Assembly (NCBI RefSeq): GCF_002105155.1
Contig: NW_019028995.1
Coordinates: forward strand, 620,001-684,000
Length of the DNA: 64,000 nt
Source of the DNA: Lobosporangium transversale
Lineage: Eukaryota
Direction of reading: 5' to 3'
The notes beneath the pieces were generated by a model, which was given only the letters and a program-made list of their open reading frames with translations, searched no databases and was not told the DNA's origin. Made by a program: the position numbers and the translations under genes. Shown here in pieces: positions 14,811 through 29,081 of this stretch; position 1 is the stretch's first letter, and each line of letters begins with the position of its first letter.

Positions 14811-16238
14811 AAAAAAAAGAAAGAAAGAAATGCTTCAGATGGCCAAAAAATGAAGCAGATGCCGAAATGAGTGCAAACTGTGGACCGTAAGCAAAGAATT
14901 GCAACTCAACAAGCAAAATGGGGTCGTTTCGTGTATGGAATGTGAGTCTTAAGGCAAAGGCGAAAGGAATTGGAAGGGAAGAGGGTCAGGCCATAAGTAC
15001 TGTGTGTATCGTTCCTGGAGGAAGTGGGAGAGTTGGCGAAGGGTGATGAAGGTAAAAAAGATGAGGGATGTAAGATGGCGGGAGAGTAAGAGTGAGAGTG
15101 AGGGTGAGAGTGAGGGTGAGAGTAAGAGTGAGGGTGAATGAGTGAGAGGTGTGAGAGTGAGAGTAAAAGTGAGAGGGGAGAGGTGAGCAAGTAAAGTTAA
15201 GTGAGCAAAACAACAACCAACTAACGGACAAACAAACAAAAAAAAACACGAACAGATGATGAGGGGAAAAAATAAAGGCGGCACCCCAAATAAAAATGAT
15301 GACATTAAAATGAGTCAAAAGCACAGCACACATCCATTACGCAGAAGAGAAACCATCTACAACCTGTCAATGCCATGTTTATACTATATTTTTTTTGTAA
15401 TTGCAGTAAATGTGACGATGAGGGTGTGGCTAAATCAACAATTGCGGCACGGCTCGTATTCGCCAAATCTCAAACTGCTGTGAACTTTCTTGAACCACGT
15501 TCTCAATTATTTTGTATTCAAAATAAATTGTCTGGCTCTCTCCCCCTTAAGGAATACAAAGCCCTAATTAAATATGCCAAAATGGTGTTGAAGGAGGAAA
15601 AAAAAAAAAAAAAAAAAAGGAGAGGATCAACTGCTTCCAAATCGGCGATTGGTGTCTTGCCTGATAGTGCACCAATGCCGTCACCTTGCTTATTTGATCT
15701 GCCTGGATCTTCTGGCAACGCTTCTTCCACATAATCCTGAGCTTTGCCTCGGTCCTCATCATCTGAACGAAGATGTGGTGGAGAATATCACATAGATTTC
15801 TACCGAGGAAGTTGTCTTGACACTGACAGTGTAGTTTTTTTTTTATCTTAGTAGACGATCTGTCATATATCCGACGTAAACTGGCTGGTCTAACTAATTG
15901 AGAAGCAGGAGTAACGTACTCCTAAATATGAATTATAATCAGGGTCTCAACAAGGATAGGAACGACCATGCAGGATGTATAGGCGTTTGGTTGATAAAAA
16001 TAAAAATAAATGAGCCACCGAGGAGGCTTCTAGGTCATTCTGAATCCTGTAGAAGATAGATTCTATAGAAACTGTCGCATGCTCATAAGTTAAACTGTCT
16101 GATACCCGCTAGCTTGGCGGATGATATGTTCGTTCATTTATGGATTCTTGTCGTCTTTAAATGGATGACAGTTTAGGAAGAAGAGATAGAAAGAAAGAAG
16201 AAAACTTTTGTAAGGAATCTTGAAAAGCACAACTAATG

Positions 16239-16269
<31 letters not shown>

Positions 16270-17234
16270 GGTGAGCAATCTTCCATATAGAGCGTTATAT
16301 CTTTAACGTGATATTGCTTAGCTCAAAGGATTTGCTGTGGAAATGATTCCAAGCTCTTGTAGCTGAAATTATTTAAAGTGAACCTCTAATGATTGTGCCA
16401 TTAGGCTTCAATTTGTCGATATGGAATGAAGCAAGGGCTAACTATTAACGAGTCTAAAGGCCCTCACTGCATGGTAATAAACAAATGCGCCCTCTTATTT
16501 GATTATAGCCTTGTGCCTGGAGCACCTCTTTGACCATAAATGACCTTGAGGTAATATTGGAGAGGGGGCACGAGCAAGTGCCAGCCACCTACATTTCCTA
16601 TATTTTAATAGATTAACTGACCTGTTGGACATGATCACGTTATCAGAAACAGTAGTTTTCATAATTCCATTTGTCCTGATTGGTTCATTATATGAGTGTA
16701 GATGCTGTTGGGCATGCGAAATAATGGCAATCAGTGTATGTATGCACCACACTACAGGAGACAGCTTCTCAATAATCACGAGAATGGACGCCCCTTTTGT
16801 CCCTACCCCCCCTCTCTCTCTCCTCTTTCTATTTCTACCCATCTGTGATGGTTTTGGACACAATGACAAGGATATACATAACAATTTTGGTTTTCTATAA
16901 CAGAAAATTTATTGTCGTCAACAAGTAACGTGAGCTCTTGAACATTATGGGTTTTGCTCATTCATTTCCCTGAAACGATTGATGGTTACACAAGAATATA
17001 CGCGTATCACGTACGTTTATAAAATATCTTTGTGTCAGGTCGTAAAAAATAAAGATTAAAACAAGCTTAATGTCTAATATCATTTATTTGCTACTTCTTT
17101 AATGAGTACCTAGGCCTTAGGAAAAAGAGAAGGTCGAAGACGTTACTTGTTGATATAATACACCCTAGGCGCTTTTATTTTTAAAAATAAAAAACAAATA
17201 TAAGGTATGATCAAATACAAGAAGGGGGGGGGAG

Positions 17235-17267
<33 letters not shown>

Positions 17268-20200
17268 AAAGCCTAGACGAATAGGTCAACCTCCTCTGCG
17301 TGAATTGTATTTGATGTTATAAATGGATGCTACTGTACGCCGACGATAGAAGGCACCTCATTGCTAATAAAAGCAATATTAGGGGGAGACCATGTAAAAA
17401 AAGAACTCCCGTTAAAATGGAGAGAGAACCACTAAATGCATGTCTTCTACTGTTTTGCCATCTATTCGTCATTATGGTAGTCGCCTGCCATTGGGTATAT
17501 ATCATTAGAAGCAATTTTAAATATATACAAATAAGTGAATATCTTCTAAGGTAAGCTTCCTGCTACTAAAAAAAACAGAAAACAAAAACAAAAACAAAAA
17601 GGTCTTTGATGGTTTTGAGGATATTCAATACTAGATATCATAGGAGCTTTTTCCTCCGCCCTTTTTGCCGCTTTGTAAGATAGGCGTTGCTTGTCATCAA
17701 CAAAGAGCCTGTATCCCTTACGGCGCTATTTTTTTCATCCGGTTGAAGCTGAAACTAGTCGGCTACAAGGAACACATGATTTATTACTATTATTATCGAG
17801 ATATGACTAACGGACAACCTAAAGATCAAGTACAACTCAGACGCTTACGAAAAAAAAGGAAGGGTTGGGCTTAATGGATTTAAATGTTGAGAGAGCTTCG
17901 AGAATTGATTATCAATGGAATAATTAGATTAGTGTAGTATAAATACAACGGCGTAGTTCAAGTCAATTGGTGAAGTATTAGTAGAATGGTGAGGCATAAT
18001 TACAGTGCAATAGAGCAGTGTAATTGCAATAAATTTATAAAGAATAAGAAAAAAGGATTGGTTTGTCCATTCTTTTGTCTGTAGTAAGCAATGAAATATT
18101 TCGACTGAATCGATGATAGTTCGGCTCACCTGAAAAAAAAGAGAATAGGAGAAAGTAGAATCGTCTCCTCCCTTCTTTTTTTCTTCTTTTCCTTCTTTCA
18201 TTCATGCTCATTATGTATGGGTAAAGTATTTTTAATAACGGGTTATTCAACCTTTTGATAGTTTCATGCTCTTTCAAGCGGCTCTCTAAAAAATATAAAA
18301 GTAAAAAAATAAAAAAAGGGTAATGATTTCCCAAATTCTTGGTTGTGAATGTAACACAAGAGAAGAAAGAACATCCTTTTTTTTTTGAGATGCATGTCGG
18401 ACAAAAAAAAATTTTGCTCATAATGCAAGATGAATGCTTACCCTCTTTCCAGCGTGCTGACCCTACTACATGTACAGGTATAGGAGGGAAGGAATATGAC
18501 AATACAATATGGTAATGAATATTGACAATTGAATATTTGAATACGATGGTTTAAAAAAAAGAAATTTACGTTTATTGACTATCTATCATCCTGCAGCGAC
18601 ATTTCCTCTGTGCGACAACACTTAATGCAAAATGATTTTGAGTACATGTATAAGTTTGAAAAAAAAAAAAAAAAAAAAAAAAAAAGAAAAGACGAATGCA
18701 TTACCCCTTTCAATTCCAAATTCCCATTTCCCATTTCCTTTAAAATTGCATTCAATCGATCCCATGACTTCATTTGCATTCCCCCCCTCTCCCTTTACCC
18801 CCTGTCACCCCTCCTCTTTTCTTCTCCCCAATGCTGTTTTTCATTTCGGCTCTGAATCTGCAGCGTATGAAAGCTCAATCCTTTTTTAACATCAAATGAA
18901 AAGGCTGTAGTGGAACAGCAAGCATTAGACCGTAAACGGTATCGAGGCCTTCCAGAACAAGGCAGAGAAACAAGGGCGGAAGAAGGAAAAAAAAAAAGAA
19001 AAAAGAAAATGCTCAGTACATATGCAAGCGCGGAGCAAAAAAAAAAAAAAAAAAGGTGGTATATGGGTGTTTTGATATGTTTAAACATGTGCGTGTATAT
19101 GTATATATATATATATAAATGTAGATATTGGTGTGTTGTTTATGTGGAGGGAAGAAGAAAAATTGCTTATTTAATCTTCCAAGCTGGGAATATCAGTTTT
19201 ATCGGTGTGTAACATGACCATCATGCGGACTCGAGTGGCTCTCAATTCTTGTACAACCAAAGAGATATGGGTCTATGCTTAATACTTTTCTTTTTTTTTT
19301 TTTGAGATGGACGATCACAGGTCCATTTACATTCTACAGCCTCTCTGACTAGTTGCAACGGTCCTAAAGTTCTCTTTTATTATTATTATTATTATTATTG
19401 GTATTACTATTATCCCTATTATTTTTATTCATATTTTTATTCTTCTTAGTCATACTTGCTCAATCCACTTTGGAATCTGCTTATGTTAGTAAAGTTAAAA
19501 AAAAAAAGACTTTTGCGATTTTTTTTTTTATTTTTTTAATGACATCGATCCCCAGATTTAGTCTTTGAAAATCAACCTTGGGCTAGACTCGGGTTCGAAG
19601 TTTTTTTTTTTTTTTTTTGTTTTCTAAAAAAAATAAAATAGAATAGAATAAATAAAATACTTGCTTCTCTTAGTATATGTCTCCCAAGCAAGAGTGGAGC
19701 CTTGTTTTTATGCAGCAATGAATGATAAATAAGATGGGAAGAAGAGTGGGAGAAAGGAAGAGCTGAGGAGTACAGTATGATCAGCTGCGGATTCCCTATC
19801 CTCTCCCAATGATGAACCAATTATATAATTTGTCGCGTATCAATTTGTTTAGTTCGCATGACGAGTGCGGAAAAAACAAACAAGTCACTGCCACCAATAA
19901 TTTTTACATTTCCCAGTTGCACCGCACCAGATAAGCATCTTTGGAGGATGGCGTCTAGGGTATCAGCCACTGTGACCCAATCCATCCCTCTTTTTCCCCT
20001 TGGTCAGTTCCCATCTCATTTTATTTAGATCAATTTAGTACGGGGCCTTTTTCTTTTCTTTATATATAAAAATACGCGTCAGTATAATAGTAACACTTTC
20101 TACACTTGACTTTTAAGCTGTTCTTAAGAAGGAAACCTTCTATTCTCCCTTGAAGTGTTTTTTCTTTTCTGTAGTATAATCTTTATGCTAACTATCGAAT

Positions 20201-20717
20201 GAAAACTCTTTTTTTTTTTTTTTTTTTCTTGTTTAATTGCCCAATTGCTTTATTTATTTCTCAATAGCAGAATGTATGTGCATGATATATTAACATAGAC
20301 CTTTTTTTTTTTTTTTTTTTTTTTGACGGTATTTGTTGAAGGAAGCCGCTTAATAAATAGAGTATAAAAATACAAAGCATAACAATGCAAGTCTGGGGCT
20401 GGGAAGGATGAATACAGGATGGATTTTAGTGTATGAAATTGCAATACTACCCTTGGGGTTAAACTTTGGTCTTTTTGTTTTATTGGATTACTTTATTTCA
20501 GTCAATGCAAGGGTCACCACCTCCGGCAAAGAACTACATGTACAAGAAGCATTTGAATCCACCTTACATTTGTATTATGCATGATCTGATTTTTGGGAAA
20601 AAACGAAAGACCTTGATTTTTCGGCAACCCTGCACTCTTCTAGGATAAGCTTCAATTGAGCAGGAAAAAAAAAAAAAAAAAAAAAAAAAATGAAAGAAAA
20701 GAAAAACAACAAAAGGG

Positions 20718-20750
<33 letters not shown>

Positions 20751-22989
20751 ATCGGCCACGTTACTGTAACATTGCCCTTTTCCCTTTCCTTAAAGTATTA
20801 ACGGCTCCAAACGTCCTTCGTCTCCCTACTTTACTCCCACCCTTCCCTATTTATTCTTTCCATTCATAAAAACTCGCCGAAGAAAGAAGAACTACAGGAT
20901 AACAGTTATTAACGCTTTTTTTTGCATGAATCAAGAGCATGAACAGCAAAGCATACAGCAACTATAGCATGTAAAAACAACGTTGTGAGCGATCCATGCT
21001 CAGGGCACGTTGATGATTCGTCCCTGTGAAATAGGTCCTTGACCATGTTGAAGAGAAGGAAGGAACAAGAAGAGGGATTTTTTTTTTTTAGTCAACGACC
21101 CTAATGTAAACATAAACAGAACAGATGGAGAAGGAGGAGGGGGGCTGCTCCTTTTTTTTTTACTCTATTAGGACCAGAACCAGTCAAAATCCAGAAAAGC
21201 CATTGTAAACAAAAGATCTTCCTAGGGTTTATTTTTTATTTTATTTTTTTGGTACAAAGGCGTGAGAGTTTTTTTATGCGACTCAAAAAAAAAAAAACAC
21301 GCATAAAATTGGCGGGAACGCACAGTCGCTTCTGTTCGATTACTCCGTTTCCTCCCATGAACTATCTATTTATCGCTATCTTGTTATCTTACAAAAAAGG
21401 GTATCGCATGATTATGTCCACAACATGTCTGCTAGTCCGCAGCATTAATGCAAGTTGGAACGGTTTGCACAGAGCAAATAATAAACAAAGCTTTTTGTTT
21501 TGCTATGGCAATGTAACCGTGGACAAAGGTCTGTCTAAATAAAGAGTAATAATGCAAGGCTTTTCCTTCTTCATATCCCATCAAGGCTATGGGGACTGTT
21601 CCTGATGAAAGGGAGAGGGTGGAAAAATTGCATAGAAAAAACCTTGGGCTACCCTTATCCCCTTTTCCTTTCTTCACAAAGCAATACCACTTTAAGAGTA
21701 GCCCAATTCATTTATCACTGATGAAAGATGGTTATATTGACCCAAATATTATTGCTTTAATCATTGTTTAGTTCACTGATGCTTGAGAGAAGAATAGAAT
21801 CTCTTTGGGATTACAGGGTGCTGAACCATAGGGAGAAACATTGGGTTTATTTTAGACATGGGTCAGGTAATGAATCAAGATAAGGAATAAACAGCCTCAG
21901 TTGTTCAAGTCGCACATTCTTCCTAGAGACCTTTTCTTTTTTTTTTCCTTTTTCTTTTTTTTTTGGCTCTCTCCAACACCGACCTTTATAATCCTTTAAC
22001 CTTTTTTTTTTTATTTTTCTTCCTGTGCTCTAAAGTTTTTTTTTTTTTTTTTTTCTTAATGAAAGTCCCGTTTTGACTGGGGGCGACTTCCCGCATAAAC
22101 CATCTTGATTGACCAAAGTACATGTACCCAAGTTGTAGTTGCACGGCGCTTTATTTTTATTTTTTATTTTTTCACTGTTGGACGAATAAAACAGTGTTAT
22201 TAAAAAAAAAGGAAAAAAAGCTGACATACAACAGTCCCGATCTCTCGGTGACCCGAGTGACAAAGGTAAGTTCGTCTATGTTTGTCACACTTTTAACAAA
22301 CAACAACAATATCAGCAAGCGAAAAATGGACACAGAAAATGTGAGTTCATTTCTAAAAAAAAAAAAAAAAAAAAAAAACGCCCTTACTCTTGCCAAAGCC
22401 CATTCCATGTGCTGTGTATGTCTTTGTATGCCTTCAAAAAACGCGATCTGCAAAGCAATTTTATTCGTCCAGGCCGTCACATACAGTCGATTATTTTTAA
22501 TTTGCCCGTTTAAATGGAGGGCCATTCAGGGGTGAACCATGAAAAAAAAAAAAAAAACGATACGCGTGGCTCGATGAACAAATAAATATGATAACAGCCT
22601 GTAGCATTAATTATGCGTTCAGGCAGGGTACAAGGGTTTCACCAATCATATACTTTTATCGGGTCTTCATTTGATTTTTTTTCATTTATCGTGTTTATAC
22701 CGGCTTTGGTAGAGCTGTTTTCCGAACATCTGGTTTTTTATTTCAATTTATATTTTTTAATGCTGGGAAGGAATGGTTGACAGATTTCCTTGACATTTAC
22801 ACTAGACGTTGAAGTCTCACAATCGTTATTGAAAAAAAAAAAAAAAAAAAAAAAAAAAGCTTCTTGCGAAGGCAACCTAGACTTTACTATGCAAACGCTA
22901 CTCATCCCATCCAAGCACGTCCCTCAGATTTTTTTTTTTTTTTTTCCTCGTTTAGTTGCTTCGCCCACTTTGAACGCTAGGACCCAATA

Positions 22990-23022
<33 letters not shown>

Positions 23023-25029
23023 CTTAGCATTGCTGAGTGACCCGATCTTCCATGTGCTTGTAGTGTATTATAGATTGGCTAAATGTTCTTTAATTGTTTT
23101 TTTTTTATTCATTACCCTCCTCAAGGTAACTACTAGCTGTTGAGTCATAAGACATACAGCAATGCCCAAGAGCGAAGGTGGCAGCAGCAGCAGTGGCAGC
23201 AGCAGCAGTGGCAGCAGTAGCGATGGAAAAATTGTTCACGAGACATCTGCAATGAAGATGAAGGTCGGTATATCATGACACATGTTCAAGATGAATATGT
23301 TGATTAGGGTGGATGTGTCTTGTGACCAATTCAGTTTCATATTTTATTTTAAACGTGTCAATTGAATGGTTGATTCAATTCTGACTCACCACAGAACACA
23401 CACAATATACATGTACATTGGAATCCCTTTAATGCATCTTCCATGAACGCTTTATTCATGATTACTATAGCACAAAGAGAAGGAAAAAAATGTTACATTC
23501 GTATACGTTTTTATTTACTATTACTCCTCTATTCATTTTCATTTATTTCATTTATAATCTGATATTATTCTGTGCAATTGTTCATGCCATTTTTTTTATT
23601 ATTATTATTATTTTTATTACAATGAGTAACAAAGGGGATCATGGTTGCTGAGATGATATTTAATGAAGTATTATAGAATATTGAAGAGAAACATTGTAAC
23701 GTGTCACACAAAAAAAAGATCGAAGGACTCAAAGGAGTGGCCAAGAAGGAATAAACGGAGTCTCTTGATACGTACACTAGAATATAAGCCAAAGGATGAG
23801 TGCAATCTATCTGTCTTTTATCTTCTTCTCTAGCCCTGAATACACTTGAATATGAGATATGAGAGAATTGAGAAGAAAATTGAAGAGATTGATTCAATTC
23901 AGCTCATGCAAAAGTAAAATGATTACGAGGAGACTTCTTGCCGCCATCTTCTATATAATTTATAATATTCAATTGAGTTGTATTATTGGAAATATGGAAT
24001 ATATATTATACATGAATATATTGTACGTATAATATGTAAAATCTGTAAAATATATAATGTATATATATATATATATATATATGCATATTATATATAATAT
24101 ATTCAATTGAGCCCTTTGAGTCAATTGGTTACAGTTGAATAGGTTCTGTCGACTTCCCTTTCACTTCAAAAAGTTTATTCTGAATAATAACATTCCTGTC
24201 AATTCAATTGAAAAAAAAAAAAAAAAAAAAAAAGAATCCAAGGGTTGGGTTGGGTGTCTCTATTCATTTACACAAACATTTCGACGTCCGGATTTTGGCG
24301 GGGGGTAGCAGTGTTTCACAAAAAAAAAAAGCACAAAATGGCAACAATGATTCTTTATTCTCTCACTAAGCGTTCTGCCCCTTGTGTGGGACACATGCCA
24401 AGGATACTCCATTAATGATGTTCAAGTCAACATGCATGGAGGGTGCTGATGAAATTGCTAGGCCTCTTTAATTTTTAAAAAGTCGATGGGGATCATTGGT
24501 AAGGAAAATTCATTGAATGATCTTGGCAAGCACACCGTTGAGTCATCATGGCCTGGGGAGGATGATCGTGGTCATGGTTATTTGGACCATTCACAGTGAC
24601 GGTACCCTGTAGAATGGGCGATCAAGAAAGAACAAGAAAAATCGTATAAAAAGATAGAGAGAGAGGGTATCGAGTCTCATTCATTACCTTCCTAACCGCT
24701 TCTGTCTTTGTCACTTTTTTTGCTTCTCAATTCCATCTGTCTGTATTGTTTACACTTGTTTTATTCACAAAAAAAAAAAAAAAAAAAAAGCTGCTTATTC
24801 AAGTGAGCTGTTATACCGTTACCTTAAATGCAAATCTTTCCTTGAGTTGAAAATCCCTTCCTCTTTCCAATTCTCGTTTCTATTTTCCTCTATTCCTTCA
24901 TTAAAGAAGGAAAAAAAAACTTTTTTATTCCGCAACGTCAAAACCTGAAGTAAGCAGCAGCTCAATCCAATCGGCTCTTTACCCATTGACACTTCAACAG
25001 CTTATTTTTCTTAAAGCTCATCTCAGAAA

Positions 25030-25125
25030 TATAAAAAGGACCACAATTCCCTTCGTTCTTCTACTTCCCCTACTTCCTCTACTCTCTCTCTCTCTCTCTC
25101 TCTCTACTAGCCTTCTCCATATCTT
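25030..25125 (+). promoter_or_regulatory. Putative TATA box plus CT-rich transcription start region for the Zn2Cys6 gene
   Basis: TATAAAAAGG at ~25030, followed by a pyrimidine/(CT)n tract typical of fungal TSS regions. Confidence 0.4.
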
Positions 25126-26068
25126 TATTTACTTTATCTTTTTATATTTTCCGCTCTCATTCTGTGTTTCTGGCAAAGGTACTTGCGCTGTCCCTCCTTC
25201 TCACTCCCCATCAACCTTCTTTTAAAAAAACTCTCTGGAACAAAAACAAACAAAAACAACGTGAAGCATAGCGTCGACTTGACTTGCTACTGCTTTTTTA
25301 AAAAAGTTTCAAGAGAAATCCCCTCCTTGTCAGTTGTACACCACATACATATCATACAGGTTTTTTTAGATTCAGCATGTTTTACTGATCCTTTTCTTCT
25401 TCTTTTCATCCTCCTTCTGGTCCTCCCAGCAGCTTCAGCCATACCCTACGATCAATAAAGATCCTAATATCCGCTACTGTAGCACTACCAGTCATACTCA
25501 TCACCTCGAGTGTAAACAAGACATCTCTGGCCCTGCCACAGAATACCTCAACCCGTGCCTTTCTCAAGAAAACCCTCGCGACCAAAGTACCGCTCAGGAG
25601 AGTGATCACAAGACCCTCATCGGCACTTTCCAGACCATAGCCACCCCGGAACAACACCACTCCTTCTTATACTCTCCCATCCATCCTTCTATCATTCATC
25701 CACAGCCTGACCCTTCTGTAGAACAACACCAATACCAAAAGACGCGACAAATCGATCTTCTTCATAACCACAACAACCACACCGACTCTGACTTTTTTTC
25801 TGACATCGAACTGGTTATTACTCCTCCATCTCAGTATCTCTTCAATACCTCTGTACATCAGTCAGATCTCGCTTTTCAATCAAATTCTAGTCAGTTTGCA
25901 GAGCAACAGCAACAGCAACAGCATAATTACTACTTGCTCCCGCCTGCCTTTTTCTTTTCTTCACAACAGTCAGCTTCACTCTATCCCAACCTCCAAATAG
26001 ATCCATTTGCTGATCCTCTCTGGGAACAGCAAAGTCCTCTGGAGACTAAAGCTTTTGATCAAACTTTT

Positions 26069-28030
26069 ATGAATTGGGAACAGGACATCGGCTCGGATTT
26101 GTCTCCAAATACATCGTCATCGTTCCCTCTCTTCACTGATAATAGTAAAAATAGTGTCAACACTCAAACCCTTACATTCAACACACAAACCATCCCTGAC
26201 AATAGCATCAATACTTTTCAGCAGTACCAACACCTTCAATCGGCTTCATCGTTCATCCCAGAGGCAATTATGAGTAATACAATCGTCCTCGAATCCACAC
26301 CTACATCCATGGCCCCATCAGTAACTCTTTCATATGCTGTTGCTCAGCAACAAGGCCCACTTGACGGATTGGATACCACAATGGCAGCCCTACATGGTCT
26401 GGGACTTGGTTTGACTTCTCCTTATAATACTCTCAAGCAAGAACATCTAACGCCCATCTTCTCGTCCGCGTCACCTTCATCCACACTGACATCCCCGCTT
26501 GATCTCAGTGAACGATTTGGGTCATTTCAATCACATCCATCTCAAGTGGAGTTGAAAGAAATCTTTTCACCCCACGAGTTGAACCTTGACTTTGTCAGCT
26601 CCTCAACGTCACTCGGCAGTGTGCCCGGTCCCTGTCAACCATCACCGCTAGAAACATGTCGTGGTCAATCTGTCTTCCCGATCCCTACGCCTGGGTCTAC
26701 AATGTCTCAGGTTGTCTCCGATTTTGAGCACATCCCAGAGACTCTATCCCTGAGCACAGACATGAACACAGACATGAACACAAACAAAGGATCTACATTG
26801 AATCTCAGCTTAAACACACCTACGCTGGCCAATATGATCGACGCTCCTTCTCCCTCTCCTTCCTCCACCCCTCCATCCTCTAATCCACCCTCACCGACAT
26901 CCCCTTCGTACGATGATATCATGACGCCTGTAGTGGCATGTGCTAGCTGTAAAAAGTCCCATATCAAGTGTGACCATGGACGGCCTTGTCAGAACTGTCT
27001 CAAGCACCCTTCCAAGGCTTCGAGCTGTCAAGACGCTGTTCCAAAGCCTAGAGGACGCCCAAAGGGTGGTAGCAAGGCAGCCGCAGCCGAGGCAACGGTC
27101 GGCAGCAACAGGGGCGTGTATCATCTACACCATCCTCATCAGTACTCAGGTTTCCATTTAGTGCCAGGCCCATATCAGTACATGCGTGGTGTATCTGAGC
27201 ATTCACAGTTATACCGCCAGCGAGCCATGTCATTCCCGCACATCTCGTTTGTTCATGATCCACATGAGCCATCGCCCTGTATCTTACAGTCTCAGCAGCA
27301 ACACCAACATCAACATCAACATCAGCCACAGCCACAGCCACAGCCACAGCACCAGCAACAACGACCGGACACACTTCAGCAGCATTCATTGCACTATCAT
27401 CCTTATCAGCATGCTCAACCACAGCATCCACAGATGTCTCAATTCCACCAACGCGCGGTTTCGCATCCACAGACACGCTATTCCACCCCTGAGGGCCATT
27501 CACCCTCCGCGGTGGATTTTCAGCGATTAAGCCCTGGCCATCCATCCCCTGTTCCTTCGTCTCCTTATTCTTGGGGTAATACTTCTCCAACTGTGCCTGA
27601 GCTCAAGTCTATGCCATTATCGAGAAGACCGACAATCTCTTCATCCGGGGCCATGTTTGAGGTTCAAGCGGCGGTGGCACATTCGCAGCCGATCCCTGTC
27701 TATGGGAGCCATAACTCTGACCGACTTCTTCGAGGGGTCAGTAGCGGTCAACCAACGGCGACCAGTAGTATGTTTGGCTCACTCCCATCACAGTTGCATT
27801 CACCCTTAGCAACCAGTCCAGTTAGGCTAAATGCGTATGAGATCCAGCAACTACAAGAGCATAAACGGGAGGTGTTTCAACGCCAGCAACAAGAACAACA
27901 GGAACAGATGTTGCATCGACGAGGATCACATCCACATTCATATTCACATCAGACACAACATCTCTCAGAGACTCCGCATACACAGGTGAATCCACACCCT
28001 GCGATGCAGCGCCATGCTTTTTACCCTTAA
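26069..28030 (+). CDS. Fungal Zn(II)2Cys6 binuclear-cluster transcription factor with adjacent AT-hook-like motif; first ATG at 26069, frame open from 25370
   Basis: ACASCKKSHIKCDHGRPCQNCLKHPSKASSC (six Cys) followed by KPRGRPK; long S/P/Q-rich low-complexity regions. Confidence 0.85.
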   Translation: MNWEQDIGSDLSPNTSSSFPLFTDNSKNSVNTQTLTFNTQTIPDNSINTFQQYQHLQSASSFIPEAIMSNTIVLESTPTSMAPSVTLSYAVAQQQGPLDGLDTTMAALHGLGLGLTSPYNTLKQEHLTPIFSSASPSSTLTSPLDLSERFGSFQSHPSQVELKEIFSPHELNLDFVSSSTSLGSVPGPCQPSPLETCRGQSVFPIPTPGSTMSQVVSDFEHIPETLSLSTDMNTDMNTNKGSTLNLSLNTPTLANMIDAPSPSPSSTPPSSNPPSPTSPSYDDIMTPVVACASCKKSHIKCDHGRPCQNCLKHPSKASSCQDAVPKPRGRPKGGSKAAAAEATVGSNRGVYHLHHPHQYSGFHLVPGPYQYMRGVSEHSQLYRQRAMSFPHISFVHDPHEPSPCILQSQQQHQHQHQHQPQPQPQPQHQQQRPDTLQQHSLHYHPYQHAQPQHPQMSQFHQRAVSHPQTRYSTPEGHSPSAVDFQRLSPGHPSPVPSSPYSWGNTSPTVPELKSMPLSRRPTISSSGAMFEVQAAVAHSQPIPVYGSHNSDRLLRGVSSGQPTATSSMFGSLPSQLHSPLATSPVRLNAYEIQQLQEHKREVFQRQQQEQQEQMLHRRGSHPHSYSHQTQHLSETPHTQVNPHPAMQRHAFYP

Positions 28031-28513
28031 ATGGGGGAATCCCTTTTTTTTTTTTTTTTTTTTTTTTTTTCCTTTCCTTATATTTTGGTAGAGCCATTAA
28101 CTTTTTCCGAATAAAAAAAAAAAAAAATGGAATGTAATAAGAAAAAAAAAGTCAAATAAAATCATGTGATTGAATTAACGAATTTGTTCCACAGACTCCA
28201 TCCTTTCTCTCATACCAAGAAGACAAAGTGTAGAGAACATGGGTACTTTTTTCTTTTTCCCTTCGACCCTTTTTTTTTTTGTTCACACACTCACACACAG
28301 ACACATACCTTACAATACTTACTACTAAGCATTAACATTAGCAATTTGCTCGTTGACGTTTCTCTTCCGATACTTTATATAACAATCCATCAGCCTATTT
28401 ATCAACGGTTTACTACACTACGCCCAACATATTCACATACATATTCCATACGATAAAAAGTAATAAGAGAAAAAAAAAAAAGAAAAAAAAAAAAAAAAAA
28501 AAAAAAAAAAGAA

Positions 28514-29050
28514 ATGTCAGAAACTTACAGCATCATCAAACCCGTTGGGTTCACCATTGCTTCATGTGGTTACTGTGGAAGTGAAAACTCGGCTCATGTG
28601 TATGGTGCATTCGCCTACAAGCTGACGTGCAAGGTACTTTTACTTGTACTTTACTACCTGTTGCTTACTACACTACTACTACGACTACTCTTAGTAGTCC
28701 TTCTACTCTTACTACTACTTTTCTTTCTCTTTTAGTGGGTGAAGGGGAGGGATGGGAAGAGTGGGTATAACTTACGCATGCAATACCATGAGTACGCGTT
28801 TCAACTTGTCCATGTCTTCTAACATTCATTCTCTCCACGGCGAAGCAAACGCGCACACTTTTATTTCGTGACCATTCATTTCTTAAAAAAAAGGGGGGGA
28901 GGAAGAGAGGAAATTTTGAGCATGTTGTAATGGGTGTAATGTCGGGAAAAGAAACACAGCAGTGGGTGTCTTGTTAAAACTTTTCAACATGGGATATGGA
29001 CCTGTTAATGTCTGTTCATGTCTGCTATCTTATTCTGACCTTTTTATTTA

Positions 29051-29081
<31 letters not shown>

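Noticed and set aside
15250..25000. Numerous short ORFs rich in poly-K or poly-F
   Set aside because: They are translations of poly(A)/poly(T) runs and microsatellites, with no splice-consistent gene model.
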